The notes under the pieces were generated by a model, which saw only the letters and a list, made by a program, of their open reading frames with translations, was not told where the DNA came from and searched no databases. The translations under genes and the position numbers were made by a program. Shown here one piece after another: positions 50,812 through 64,000 of a stretch of DNA of 64,000 nt; within the stretch, counting starts at the first letter, position 1, and every line of letters begins with the position of its first letter. The DNA comes from Lingula anatina (lineage: Eukaryota > Animalia > Brachiopoda), in assembly GCA_051362555.1 (NCBI GenBank), contig CM120647.1:9672001-9736000 (forward strand). The letters are read 5' to 3'.

Positions 50812-53655
50812 TAAAAGTAGTAAATCTTGAAAAAAAGAAAATGCCAGAATAAATGAAGCATTAAGACATTTCAATAAGTAATTACCATAACATATGGGAC
50901 AGATGACGGCATAATTGGTTGTACAGTACTTATCTGTACTTAACTGTTTTGTAAGATAAAGTTTTCAAAGCACATTCAAGTTAGTGTGACGATTCTAGTC
51001 ACCACAAGCTGAAGGAACGCTAATATGATTTTGTTTTATCCAAATAGTCTGATAAAGTAAATTTATATCAGACGGATCAAAATTTCCAGTCAAAACAAAG
51101 TGAAATTGGCAGGTAGTATTTCATTTCACTGTCCAAACTTGATTTATCAAGCTTTTGCCATATAAAAACTTCTTGAGAGCCATAGGACCTGAGGTTGAAG
51201 TGCTATTTCTATTCAGTTCACACAGAGCAGACGAAAACTGTTTTGATTGACAGACGATTTCATGAATTATCACCACCTTGATATTCTAAGTAATGCAACA
51301 TTACTGACTACCAATCAAACAACATGTTTCTGTTTAATTCTTTTACATGCCATGTGCATAGCACCTGTTACGTCAAATTTGGTATTTTATGCGTAACAAA
51401 GAAAACCTGGGACCGTGTGGAATATCATCAGCGCTAATCTCCCATATATAAACTGGATTCTGATCTTCGTTGCCGTATCGCAGGTGTGACGGCAAAGACT
51501 GATATTCTCTTGCCAGTCGGATGCCATCTTGGCCTGATTAAGAAATGTTAAGAAAACATCTTTTTTTGACCCCCCTGTACTGATTTTATTAGAGCAACTT
51601 GTAGCACCAAGGGTGTGTAATTTTCAGGAAAATATTTTGTCATGATTTGACCGGGTTTGTTTACTAATGACATTCAGCATGATCTGCTGGAATTTTATGT
51701 GGGATGAAGAATAAACAAACAGAAAAGACTTTGCTCAAAATAGATGGAAAAGAAAAAAAGTTGCATGGTTTTAGGTCATAGAAAATAGTGTGAATTTCCA
51801 CTTTTTTCTTTATAACTTATTTGAAACATTAACATGTAGCCCATATAATAATTGGCAATTTGTCCATGAGACACATGATCATTTGTTAAATAAAAATGCT
51901 TCATTGGTGTTGTTAGGTTGTCAAAGAACTGATTCAGAAATGCCTTCGCATGCAATTTAATGTACAGTTGTGCAAAAATTGTTGAGAAGATTTGGCTGGA
52001 AATGAACTCTTTTTGATAAAATAAGAGGATTGCTATATCATGGAACTTCTACATGTTTGTCAAAGTGGAGAAAGGAATGTTAAGAACATATGAGAATGTG
52101 AAGATTGTGTACATGTTGTAACTTCAAAGGTAGTTGGTAAGTGTGTGCGTGCGTGTAAAGAAACGGCATGTTTTGTTTACCTTACATCATGCAGCTAAAT
52201 ACCCAGCACCTTGGCTTGTTCTTTTACAGTTGACATGAGGTTGTTAAGAGGAAAAAAAATAGAGAGGCATAAATTTGGATGCCGTTCCAAATTTTGTACA
52301 GCTTTTTATATATTAACATATCCAAACATTTATTTCCTTGGTGTGTCAGCATCTTAAAACATGGTACCAGATCCCAGTTGAGTATTTGGTGAAAGATTGG
52401 GTAATATTTTGACAAATTATCCAACCTTTGAAGTCACTAACTGGCTGCGTACAGCTGGGATATTTCAGAAATTAGTCTTGTGTTAAATATCGTGTATTTA
52501 CAGTACTTTAAGCAGCTAAAATGCCCAAGTGCAGTTTGAATCCTGTTTTGTTGCATGATGCTTCTGTTTCTAGATATTACCCCAAATATACAAGAGCTAA
52601 ATTCTATACATTTGATTTTGAAATTGTGCTTTGCAGTCTTGTTTCAAGAAATTGTTCATAATTATTTGTAGGGTACTTAAAACGCTCCAGACAGTTCTTT
52701 TAATCTGCTGCCAACATCTCCTTCAGTGCTGACACTTGCTTCTCTTCCAAATGAAAGCTGTCGCCACAAGTTTAACAACTTGACTCTTACGTGTCTTTCA
52801 AACCTGCCACAGGTACTAGTAGTAATGTGATGATAAACTCAATGTCATATTAATATAATTTCTCAGTTTCGATTACTGAAAGTCCAGGAGTAATTTTTGC
52901 AGTCTTGCTGCAAGCCATTTACGCCAAGATTGTACGCATTGGAATCGAGTGTATATGTTATTTGATACTTTGCTGATGTCATGCAGTTAATTTTTTTTCT
53001 CATCTGACGTCAAGATAAGATCGGAATGGAGGCTGGAAGTGAATCTATCTGATTCAGTGAGAATGAAATTGAATGAAATCAATAAACGAGATGAAGCCAC
53101 ATGTTATGAGATTATAGTTACTAGTATATAGAATTTTGTTATTTTGTTGCACTCAGAAGGAAATGTGATTATACAGGGTTGTACTCAGTATGTCGAAGGT
53201 GCTGCAGAAACAGAAAAATTGTCGGCAAACAGAATCTGGAAATTTCATGAAACTGTTAAAAATAACTTACTTGAAAGTAATTCTTGGGTTGGGTTTTTGT
53301 GATGAATATAGATTTGAAATTGTGACAGCAACAAATATGTATGTTTCATTTTTGTTCATTCTATACATGTGCCTCTTCAGTTTCATGATTTTATCTTAAA
53401 ATGAGAAAAAATATTAAATGTGGATGAGGTGTCATACATTGTGACACAGGTACTACAGTTATTGTCTGACAGCTTTGGGTATAGCAAAAACCACAGACTT
53501 TCTTTCAACTTTTTTTTTTTTAATATTAACACTTTTGCAAGATTTATATTTTTCAGGTATTAAAAACTTTCCAACAGTTAGCCAACCTAGGTTTCAAAAG
53601 TTTTGCAGTAACAATTAAATTTAAGTCAGACTTGTAGCTAGCAATTTTAAAGCAG

Positions 53656-53695
53656 GCTCCAGTTTCACACACACACACACACACATACACACACA

Positions 53696-53730
<35 letters not shown>

Positions 53731-53861
53731 CTTAAGTCAGTTCCCTGGCTTAGTTGATTGGATTTTCATGAGAGTGTTGTTACACTGCTCCTGATAGGGT
53801 AAGATGTGACCATGTAACCTTGGTAATTAAGTTCTTAGCCAGTTTTTTGTGAAACTGATAT
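53656..53861. mobile_element. CAG-TSD MITE family D, copy 2, with (CA)n expansion
   Basis: same core (TCAGTTCCCTGGCTTAG...GTTACACTGCTCCTGAT...GGTAATTAAGTTCTTAGCCAG); CAG flanks. Confidence 0.75.
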
Positions 53862-54269
53862 CAGGGGTTCTTGTCTTTAAAAGTGAACCTTTTTACCCCC
53901 TTCAGTTAATTGAATTTGAGAAATAGCATAGAAGTTATCCAGGTCAGGCCAAAATTGCAGTTCTTCCGAGGCCTTTAAATTCAAAACCCTGCCCACAGGC
54001 CTGTAAGTATTACTTAAGAAAACAAACTTGCTTCCCTTTTTCTTTTTTTTCTTGTTTCCTTTTTTCTTTTTTTGGGGGGGGGGGGGGGTATGTGTTATTT
54101 GATTTTAATGAGTTATTACTGTAAACTTACATTATATTATTCATATTTCAGTTCATCTGCTCTCTAGAAAAATGATGTAAAATTGCATCTTCTTAAAGTA
54201 ACTCCCAATTTCAGAGAATTGTATTGGTGTCCTCCAAATTACTTGTTATTTGTAAGCAGAGGCATAAAT

Positions 54270-54412
54270 CAGGGATGAGATTTTTCCCAATATTGGTGGA
54301 TTTTTGGCTCTTTGGGAATCGAACATTTTAATTGTTGAGATTGATACATGGGATCCTCTGGACCCTATGCCATATTTTCTGACTTTTTCGCTAAATGGCA
54401 GTCTCATCCCTG
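54270..54412. mobile_element. Small hAT-like MITE
   Basis: TIR CAGGGATGAGA / TCTCATCCCTG; flanks ATAAAT / ATTAAT (possible 6-bp TSD with 1 mismatch). Confidence 0.65.
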
Positions 54413-55543
54413 ATTAATAGCTTGTTTTCCCCTCCTTTTGTCAAACAATGTCCTTACACCAGACTCATTTTTCTCTGAAAATTAGCAAAAATGCTAATCA
54501 ATGACCAAATCTCAGATAACAATAATTTCTCATACTTACACATTTCAGTATATTTTATGATCGAGGGACAAAGGGCAAGATTTTGCACATAAACCATCTC
54601 TTGTTGAACTTATCTGAAGACAAGTACTACTTTGTGATGATTTTTAACATGTAAATAACATGAATTTATGTCAACAAAAATAATCTATTTTATCACCTCC
54701 TGACGAACTTTAATAAGGGTTAACCATCTTGACACAGTTTTGAATGATATGCAACCCAGGTGTCGAAGAGATTTAAGAAACCCTTGCTTAAACATGGGTT
54801 AACTATACTTAAAAAAATGTCCATGTTGTTGCAGAGTTATGGCCAGTGTCAGGAGAAAAGAATCAAAGGTTTATTAGTCAGAGATAGGATTTTTCTGAAC
54901 ATAGGTGGATTTCTGACTTTTGGGTGCTGATGGTCCTTACAACAATAATGATGTTTTTGTTGCTATCAAAGGGGGGGGGGTCCGACCTTTTGGGAGCTGA
55001 AAAATATTTGTCCCAGTTTATCCCAGGACAATTCCTTAAGTATCATTTTTTTGGCAAAATCATACACCGGGCACCGTTAACAAGAGCATTCCAGGCCTTG
55101 TCTTAACAGACTAATAGCATGAAATACCAATATTGGAAGCTCACTGAAGCATTTACATGGGGTTATTAAAACATTGCAATCATATACCATAACAATGACA
55201 GCTATGAATTCTGGCAGTTTGATCGTAATTTGTCTCGTCTCTTCCTTGTTTTGTGCCTTTTCCAAATGCGTATAATGTTTTAGCCAATTATGAGATGTTA
55301 GGAGATATAGGTTTTGCAGTTAGAATTTGTTTTGTCTGATGATCATGTCCCTCTTATTAGTATTTGTAAGCCAGTTAACTGAGAATTGACAGGATGATAA
55401 TTATACTAGTGGCTTACATGCTGTGGGGAACTTAATTGGTACAGAATTTTAAGGGTACCTGTTGTACCAGGTATATGATCCAATAGTGATATGCTACTTT
55501 GATTATGTTACTTACATGTAATCATTATGTAATAGAGCTACAG

Positions 55544-55710
55544 CAGGCCCTTAGCCAGGGGGGTTCGGGGGGTTCGAAAGAACCGCCCCTTTTGTTAGGG
55601 AAAGGTCCATTTTGGGTAAATTTTTATCTAGGTACACGTAAGTTTCATTGTAAAAGGTCCACTTTTTCAGAAAAAGAACCCCCCTTTTGAATTTGCTGGC
55701 TACAGGCCTG
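55544..55710. mobile_element. hAT-like MITE family G with 5-bp TSD (TACAG)
   Basis: TIR CAGGCCCTTAGCCAG / CTGGCTACAGGCCTG; TACAG on both flanks. Confidence 0.8.
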
Positions 55711-56004
55711 TACAGATATAAGTTATTTCCAGCTGCCAGGCCAGTGATTCCAGTGACTAATGCCCCATTCTCACTATCATCTGAAAAATCCAGATATTTC
55801 AAAATCGAAGATCTAGTAGTAGGTAAAAAAAAAATTGATTCGCTTCCCTGTACACACGCAACAAGATGAAGTCAAATCTCACGCTGAAAATCCAGATGCA
55901 GTCTCCTGTTTGAACCGTGGCGCATGGGCCGCACAGGAAAACCCTGTTCATACAAAAATATGGCACCATTTACTGTTCTATTCGCCCTCTGCTTTTTTGC
56001 GATC

Positions 56005-56133
56005 TTTTTTATTTGTCACATCAAGTGCTACTCAAAAGACATTCTAGCATTCAGTTTTTAAAAACTATTTTTTATTTGTCACATCAAGTGCTACTCAAAA
56101 GACATTCTAGCATTCAGTTTTTAAAAACTATTT
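56005..56133. repeat. ~62-bp perfect tandem duplication
   Basis: TTTATTTGTCACATCAAGTGCTACTC...AAAAACTA x2. Confidence 0.92.
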
Positions 56134-56381
56134 ATTATATTGTTTTATTATTTTCTGTTTGAATCCTTGATTTGATCAACATTTTTTTTAATTTTAATTT
56201 TTTTTTATCACATCATATGCACAAGTCATGAATGTTAAGAAAGCTGGCACAATTGGTATCATCAGGAAAGTAAACGATTGGATAATTTCCTGCTGAAAGA
56301 GCTTAAAGCCAATGAGAGTCCCAGACGGGACATTACTGTTAGATGCCACTGAGGTATATTATGTGGTTTCCATTTGGCCTG

Positions 56382-56416
<35 letters not shown>

Positions 56417-56454
56417 CATGTGTATATGTGTGTGTGTGTGTATGCGTGTGTATA

Positions 56455-56485
<31 letters not shown>

Positions 56486-56712
56486 ATGCATGTGTATATG
56501 TGTGTGTGTGTATGCTTGTGTATGTGTGTGTGTGTGCGTGTGTGTATGTGTGTGTGTGTGTGTATGCGTGTGTATATGTGTATATGTGTGTATATATGTG
56601 TGTGTGTGGTCAACCCAGCCAGGAATATTGGGCTTTTAAAGTTAGTGTGTGTGTGTATGTGTGTGTGCTTTTGTGTGTGTTTGACTGTAAGTATGCATGT
56701 GTTTGTGTGTAT
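56382..56712. repeat. Compound (TG)n/(TA) microsatellite
   Basis: direct reading; source of several spurious ORFs. Confidence 0.95.
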
Positions 56713-58434
56713 GCATTCGTACATTCACGTTTGCGTGCACATCCGTATGAATGTACATGTACATTATCTTCTATTTCTGAGCACTTTTTATATTGTCAGC
56801 AAACTTTATTTTACAGACTGGGCAGCATTATTTGTAGAAAAGTGACTCATTCACCGTGAGCTTTATATTTAATGCTGCTTAAGTGGTTCAGTAAAATATC
56901 CTGAATATGATGTAAGTTAGGACTGTATGTAGAGTTTTGCTACTCCACTTAAAACACGGAATTTTTAACTTCTCAATCTGAAATTTCTTGGATTTTTTAA
57001 AATTCATTTCTGTAATGATTAGCAATTGTTATTGCACTCAACATGAGTCTATCTTTTGTGCATTTGTTGTAAACAGCAGATGTATATCGAGGGAATTAAT
57101 GAAAATTGATAGTTTCTGATGCATGAAAGCAATGCTCTAGAGAGTGTGTTGAGTTAACAATACTTATTATATTTCTTATTGGCCTTGATAAAAACAGGTT
57201 AAGGTAATGCTTAGAATAATAACTTGTAAGCATGCAAGTACAAAATTAGACAAAATTGTTTTTTTGGACAAGATTGAGTTTTCTCTATTATTTGTGATTG
57301 AGTGACTTCTGTGAGATGTTGTATCTCTGTTTCATATGAATATGCTGTAGAATGCATGAAACTGTCCATTGTGGTGTTGTTTAGAAAAAATACATACTTG
57401 ATTTCCATAAGTAACTTCATCACTTACGTGAAATTCAAGACCAACATTTTCTGATTTCCTTTGTATTTGTGTACAAAAAAACCTGAGATTGAATTTTATT
57501 TTATTTGAAAGAATTCAAAAGAGATGTATGCAATATTTGTCCCATACTGCCTAAGCCCTTGCTGAAATAATTTCATCAATTCTGTGAACAGGATTGTAAG
57601 CAAGTGGCCTTTATTTGCTAATATCCTCAGTAAAATGCTTTTTCTCCTTGTCAAACTATACCTGATAGTTCAACATTTCCCAATGCAGTCATTTTCCAGT
57701 GGCGGTGAAAGGAAAGAAAACGGGATATAAGACAAACCAGAATCAAATCTAGATAATATGCTAGTTAAAAGGGCCATTCCTGTATTATTCAGACAATAGT
57801 TTGATTGACTTAGAATGGAATCGAAATCCAGACAGACGTGAAGACCCATGCATTAAAAATTTCCCCAGATGCTACGGGAAGGCCTCCTGTGAATTCCGCC
57901 ATCTGGAAACTTAACACACATTTACTGGTTTAATGAGTAAAAAAATTAAGTGGATCTGTCTTTTTGACTGAAGGTGTGTTCAGACATGAGCTGTTTTGGA
58001 TTGAAAAAGGGTCCAGTTCAGAGATATCCCAGTAACCAGCTGTTCTAGCTGTTGTGATGATGGTAGTTAGGCATGAATCACATAGATGCTTTTCAGAACC
58101 TGTCTTAACTGACCAAAAAAGCACCTGATGAGGCCCCAGAAAAAATAAGAAAATAATTAGATTCTGATCTAGCAGAAAATCATATCCACTTCAGTGATCT
58201 TGGATAATGACTTTTTTAATCATAATATTTTGTTTTTTGTGTGTGTTTGTTTTACTAGCTAGATTACAAAGAAAGTATTTCCAATATGCTGTAGATAATT
58301 TGATAGTTTGTAAAGTTGGAAGAGATATGCAATAAGATAATATTGTTGAAGTATTTGCTTTGATTTTCAAGACAAATTTGTTGGATGAAATGTTTTAATG
58401 TGTATACATTTGACTGTCCTACATGTATGAAAAA

Positions 58435-58875
58435 TGTGTTATTTTATATTGTGGTATGTCATGCATTACATTGTGTTATGTAGAAATGTTATGTTTTGTG
58501 TTATTTTCTGTTATATTGGGAATGTGCATATTGTATTGTGATGTGTTGTGTTATATTGTATTGTGTTTTATTCTGGTGTGTTATATTGTGTTGTGTTATA
58601 TTGTCATTGTTTCATGTTGTGTTATGTTGTGTTGTGTTATATTGTGTTGTGTAAATTGTGTTATGTTATATTGTGTTATATTATGTTGTCATTGTGTCAT
58701 GTATTGTGTTATCTTATATTAAATTGTGTTGTGTTGTGTTAATTGTGTTGTATTGTGTTGTGTTGTATTAAATTGTGTTGTGTCGTGTTAATTGTGTTAT
58801 ATTGTATTGTGTTGTGTTAAATGTGTTATATTGTCTTGCGCTGTGATGCATTGTGTCATGTTAATGTGTTATGTG
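58435..58875. repeat. Degenerate pentanucleotide (TTGTG/TTATA/TTGTA) satellite
   Basis: 5-nt periodicity across ~440 bp. Confidence 0.9.
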
Positions 58876-59420
58876 TACTATGCTGTAATGTTCTTTAATG
58901 AGCAACCATGAACACCTCTTTGACTTTTATAAATGCAAACTGCCTTAACAGACTGCTGTATAAGAAATGAACTAGTAAGCAAAAACATAAACTGAAACTC
59001 TTTTATTTTATAAAACCAGTCTGCATTTTGAGACTGTTGAGTTAGAAAAGAATAAACTAGTAGGCAAAAACAAAAGAAAAAAAAACTCAAAACAGAGGCC
59101 CTGAGGGAAGGTTTCCAAAGTGGATCAATAAGAACCAGGGGAGTGTGATTTCAGTGGTAATGAGAGGTGCTAATGTTAGGGTTGGTAGCAGAATTAACAA
59201 TTGTGGTGCCAGAAATCGATGTCTCCCGTGCCTAATTCTGTGTCTCTAATTGGTGCAAGTGCCCACACCATCTTAGTACCCCTTTGATGTTACACTCCGA
59301 AAAATATTTTGTCTCTTATCATTGTGGGGAAAATGGATTTTAAATTGAATTAGATTAACAGAAAGAGTGAAAAAAAGAAATGTTATATGCATTGAATGTC
59401 TTATATTCTCATTAATTAGA

Positions 59421-61256
59421 TTTTTATGTACAGACACAGATGTGTCTGTACATATTGCCATCACCTGCGTCTGTCGTCGCCGTCGTCGCCGATGGCGATG
59501 CCGATGCCGATGGCGATGCCGATGCCGTGCACTTTCCTTGTAAACACGATAAGTGGAACACAGTTTTATTTTTTGCTTTTATATTTACAGAGCTGATGAA
59601 TATTCAGAAAACGCAGGTCAAGTTCGAAAATCAGCATGATCGGGCCATTATAGTAGAAGTTATGCTGTTTTTTCACTTTTCAGCATATATACAACCCTGT
59701 AAACACATTTTAAGGAAAACGGTTAGGCCTGTTGTCATGAAACTCACAGGAGTAATCAATCTTACTAAAACGCAGATCAAGTTCGAAAATCAGCATGATC
59801 GGGCCACTATTTTAGTAGTTATGCTGTTTTTTCATTTTTCAGCATATATGCAACACTGTAAACACAATATAAGAAAAACAGATAGGCCAATTGTCATTAA
59901 ACTCACAGGAGTGGTCAATCTTACTAAAATGCAGGTTGAGTTCAAAAATCAGCATAATCAGGCCATTATTTTAGAAGTTATGCTGTTTTATCACATTTCC
60001 TCAGATTCAGTTCTTAGGCATGTTAATAGCCTTATTATTTAACTAATTAGATACATAAAAGTGTTTGTTTGACATTTCCTGCATCTTTACAACATTGTTA
60101 GTTGATTATTTAAAAATGTTGGTAAACTTGTTATCGTGTTTTGTGTAATAAAGTGTCAAAAATGGAAATAAACTCATATTATTGCAGTTTGTCAGATTCA
60201 ATCATAGACCATGTTCAGAATCTCAGAATGGAGGAAATTGGACATTTAACACTGTTCTATTGATATTTTTCCCATCTCATCAATTTTCTTAGTTGATCAT
60301 ATAAAAATGGCAGTAAACTGTTTATTTTGTTTTATGTTAAAAATTGTTAAAAATGGAGAAAAAACATTTCAGAACAGTTCTGTCTTGTTTACATTTTGGC
60401 ATTTTCAAGTTTTGACTTTGAAGTTCCATGGGCCTGAAGACCTTTGCTAATCACATTTTCTGAATATCCATAATACTAATATTTTATTAATAAAAATTGA
60501 TGGTCATTATGCTGTTAAACATTATGTAATATTGCATCAAAATTTGAAAAAAACATATTTTGGGCACTGCTCCCATGATGACCATTCCAGAAAAACCATG
60601 TCACTTACTGTTCTTAAACTTACAGGAAAGAAACCTGGGACTAAAATACAGCTTCAGTAGGCAATGCAATCTGTTTGGTAATTCTTACTGCCAGTTAAAC
60701 AGTTTTTTTGTGAAACTTTAATTTTTCACATATTGGCATTTTCAAGGTGTGACTTTGAAGTTCCACGGGCTTGAATACCCATGCTAGTCACATTTTCTGA
60801 AAATACATGATACGTATATTTAATTATTAAAAATTGACGGTCATTATGCTGTTAACCATTATGTAATATTGCATCAGAATAGAAGAAAACACAATTTTGG
60901 GTGCTGCTGCCATGATGACCATTATGGGAAAACCATGTTACTTATGATTGCCAAACTTTCAAAAAAGAAATACAGGACTAAAAATGCAGCCTGAGTTGGA
61001 AAAACAGTCTAATTGGCTTCTTTTTCTGGAAGTTATACATTTTCAAAGTGCGAACTTGAACTCCCATGGGCCTGAAGCCTTATGCTTGTTACACATTTTA
61101 CTTACATTGGTATTACCTGTTGAGCATAATTAAAATTTGATGTTGAATTTGCAGTTTAACATAATGTACTTTTGCATCAGAATTGACAGTAGCCTATTTT
61201 GTGCATAGTTATTTCCTGCTTTTTGTCTGTACATTTGACAGCTTTGCTGCCTTGTT
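59421..61256 (+). mobile_element. Non-autonomous Helentron (HINE / DINE-1-like) with internal tandem arrays
   Basis: T-rich start, perfect 14-bp hairpin 59425-59454, (GTC)/(GATGCC) microsatellite, 3 x ~159-bp repeats, 3' subTIR GTCTGTACAT at 61225, GACAGC-TTT-GCTGCC stem, TTGTT end. Confidence 0.82.
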
Positions 61257-61521
61257 AAAATAATAGCGAGAAAAGAAATGCTAAATTAATTGAATGTCTT
61301 TTATTTTCATCAAAGTCCAAGGTACTATTTTGTTCCTTTGAAAATTCCGTTTTCTTTTTTATTTATTTATTAATTTATTTATTTATTTATTTATTTACTT
61401 TTGGTGGGGGTTATGCAGTTGAAAAGGTATTTCTCCATGGCAATAGTCATTGAAGGTATTATCACGAGACCCCACGTATCTTAACCTGTTTGTCCTTTAT
61501 CTGATGGTGGAAATTGGTTCA

Positions 61522-61738
61522 ATTTCTGTCCTAAAGTAATTCTTTTCTGAACATTTCTTGTCTATGACTAGTTTTTCTGTCCAAAGTTAGTCTTGTCTGA
61601 ACATTTCTTGATTGTGACTAGACTATTTTTTTTTTTTTTTGGTTTTTTGTTCTGAAGTAATTCTTTTTTGATCAATTTTGGACTGTGTCAAGTTTTTCAG
61701 TCTATATTTATTTTTGTCTGAACTTTATTCAACTGTGG
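61522..61738. repeat. Degenerate ~50-bp minisatellite, ~4 units
   Basis: recurrent AAGTAATTCTT..TCTGAACATTTCTTG..TGACTAG. Confidence 0.65.
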
Positions 61739-61827
61739 TTAAGGTCTGTCATTGGGTCATTTATCTCTTGAAGGACGCGGATGAATGGTTTTTGATTTTG
61801 AATTATCGGTTATTTTCCTTGTAAGCA

Positions 61828-62070
61828 CATTACTAGCAAATGTGTTTTTTTGGCCAGTCTGTCTCAACTATTGATGCTGTGATAATGTTTATTTGCTTGC
61901 AATAAACCAGAAGAGAAACTAACTCACTTTTTTTCCCTGAAAATGTATTGAATCGTTTTGTGGAGGAGGAATACATTTTTCGTGTAAACACTTCATTCTA
62001 CTCAATTGATTGTAATGTCAAAACTCTTCTCATTTGTAAACTGAACAGAAAAACACATTTGCTAGTAATG
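61828..62070. mobile_element. MITE with 22-bp perfect TIR
   Basis: CATTACTAGCAAATGTGTTTTT / AAAAACACATTTGCTAGTAATG. Confidence 0.7.
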
Positions 62071-62254
62071 TAGAAGTAGAGTAGAAGTTATATAAATTCT
62101 ATTTGAGTTTATTTCATAAAAATGATGTATCATTTATGAATTAGCATATGGTGACATTTTATAAACAACAGAAAATAACTGACCATTTTACTGCAGAATA
62201 TACAGAAGTCCAAACATACACGTGGTCCGAGGGTTTTCCCTGAGAGCTGTCCAG

Positions 62255-62401
62255 GGCTCCGTAACTCGAAAGCATGGCGAATTGCGATAGCGATATCACA
62301 TTTCATTTCGAGGCTATTATATGGGGCGAGTAAATGGCAAGTTATGGAATAGAGATGTTTGCGCTCAGTCGCAATTTGCGATGCTTTCGAGTTACAGAGC
62401 C
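62255..62401. mobile_element. CAG-TSD MITE family E, copy 2
   Basis: TIR GGCTCCGTAACTCGAAAGCAT / ATGCTTTCGAGTTACAGAGCC, exact CAG TSD. Confidence 0.8.
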
Positions 62402-62507
62402 CAGCTGTCATTTGGATGATGACTATTTCCAAAGTTGGCTGGACCGCTTCTTAAATTTTTAGGTTGGTTTGTTGGACTTGATTGGGTTAGACTCCTTGTA
62501 AATTTAT

Positions 62508-62717
62508 GAGTGCATTCCCAGAGATTTAGATCGATCCATCTGGATTCCGATTGACCTAACTCCCTGGGGGTTCACGCTAAATTGCAGTCAGCCGAGCGCG
62601 CACGACAGTTAATTATCCCCTTCCAGCTTTTAGTAGGCGTGGCAGACACTTAAGACGGCTAAGCTGACAGTAATATAGTGAGACTCCCCACAGGGATAGA
62701 TCGATCTAAAATCTGTG
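62508..62717 (-). mobile_element. MITE family A, subfamily 2 (inverted, one end truncated)
   Basis: GAGTGCATTCCCA terminus; shares diagnostic CTGTCAGCTTAGCCG and TGCAATTTAGCG with the 45203 copy. Confidence 0.82.
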
Positions 62718-63033
62718 ATTCACATTTTGGACTCCCTGTTCCCCTAATCCTTGGGAAACCCCCTGATGTGGTCATTAGTAATTTCCCATCTGTCTACCTG
62801 GTCAGTGCCTTAATGGTCACTAGCTGTAAAAGCATGTCCCTGATCTGGGCAGGACTAATGTTTACATGGACACAAAATGACCTCGGTTGACATTAGGGGA
62901 TACTTCTGGGTCAGCATTAGCGTGCATGCACTGTGTTTTTGGGGCTGCTGGTTTTGAATGGTGAGGTATAGCTTTTACTCATGGTAAACTTTAAGATTGA
63001 GAAAAGAGAGAGAGAAGAGAGAGAGAGTCAGTG

Positions 63034-63070
<37 letters not shown>

Positions 63071-64000
63071 AAAGAGAGAGATGAATTGAGGGAGAGAGAG
63101 GGGGAGTCGGTGAGCTAGAGAGAGATAGAGAGAGATCAAGAGGGAGAGAAAGGATGTAGGTAAACTCAGTATAGTTACTGTGAACCTTGACATGGTTGTA
63201 AATTTCAAATGTTCAAGTACTGCTGATAAGATTTGATAAGGGACAAGTTATGAGGCTTACTTTTATATGATATGTCTAGCCAGCCAGGTTAACTACTGCA
63301 TATCCTAGGTTAACATGAGGACTGTCGCTTGTCTTAAAATGTTATTGGATGTGCAGTTTTTATTCAACAGAAGCATTTTATCATTTATATATGAGACACA
63401 TATCATGAGTTTTATCTACCGATGTGAGTTTGAGTTTTAAAATATGATAAAAGGAGGAAGGGGGGTTAAGGCTAGCACACATTTAGTAGTACAGTTATTG
63501 TGGGTTAAGAGGCATGAGCAGCTGTTTTGCACACTTCTCTAATTAAGATATACAGGGCTAAATTTAATACTTTCCCTTGAAAACAGGTCTCTCTCTCTCT
63601 CGTTTTCTCTCTTTCTCTGCAATAATTTGTGATATGTATAGAGTTGAGGACTTCATTAAAATATTTCTAATCTGCCTGCTGTTACCTGCGAGTATATTAA
63701 AAGATTTCACTATAAACTGCCTTTTTCTGCACAATTTGCACAAAAGGTGTGGTATTTTTTAATCAAGCTCCACCTGATATGTGCACTTCCCCCTGTTAAC
63801 AGAGAAGAACAACCAGTTCACCTGTAAGTGGGATTATTTTAGTACTTACCACACACCATATTTTATCACGCCATGCTTGATGTGGCAGACATTACATAAC
63901 TTACTGCTTAATCAGTAAGGAACAGATGTGTTCCTTATGCAGAAGTAGAATTTTCAGTTTCGCAGATTTAAAACTCTCTCGCTTTTTCGTTGACGTCAGC

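Noticed and set aside
56312-56859. Long Cys/Val and His/Thr ORFs (also near 24.6, 26.6, 48.0 and 58.4 kb)
   Set aside because: Read-through of dinucleotide and pentanucleotide microsatellites
59440-60042. 200-aa ORF with internal repeats
   Set aside because: Translates the microsatellite and 159-bp (53-codon) tandem units of the HINE; no domain or splice support

Overview
Eukaryotic, AT-rich (roughly 35% GC by eye) animal genomic DNA. The repeat types (HINE/Helentron with a ~159-bp tandem array, hAT and Harbinger MITEs, RTE LINE) and frequent TACATGTA suggest a lophotrochozoan such as a mollusc; this is inference. Bases 715-6636 (- strand) hold the first 11 coding exons (505 codons, phases checked by hand) of the myosin chaperone UNC-45 (TPR, central and neck regions); the gene continues beyond position 1. 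A short ETS-containing, CpG-richer segment (~6640-6990) looks like a bidirectional promoter. It may drive a + strand transcript whose candidate non-coding exons (7264-7316, 12272-12362, 17086-17247, 44046-44372) are spread across the other 57 kb, where I found no recognisable host coding exon. That region is full of small non-autonomous DNA transposons with 2-, 3-, 5- and 6-bp TSDs, a 5'-truncated RTE LINE with an intact C-terminal ORF, a complete HINE-like element and many micro/minisatellites. I see no clearly new protein-coding system. The best leads are unusual splice-acceptor architecture in unc-45, a 6-bp-TSD hAT-like element carrying a promoter-like cassette, a foldback MITE family caught in several evolutionary stages, and a HINE flanked by a ~50-bp direct repeat.
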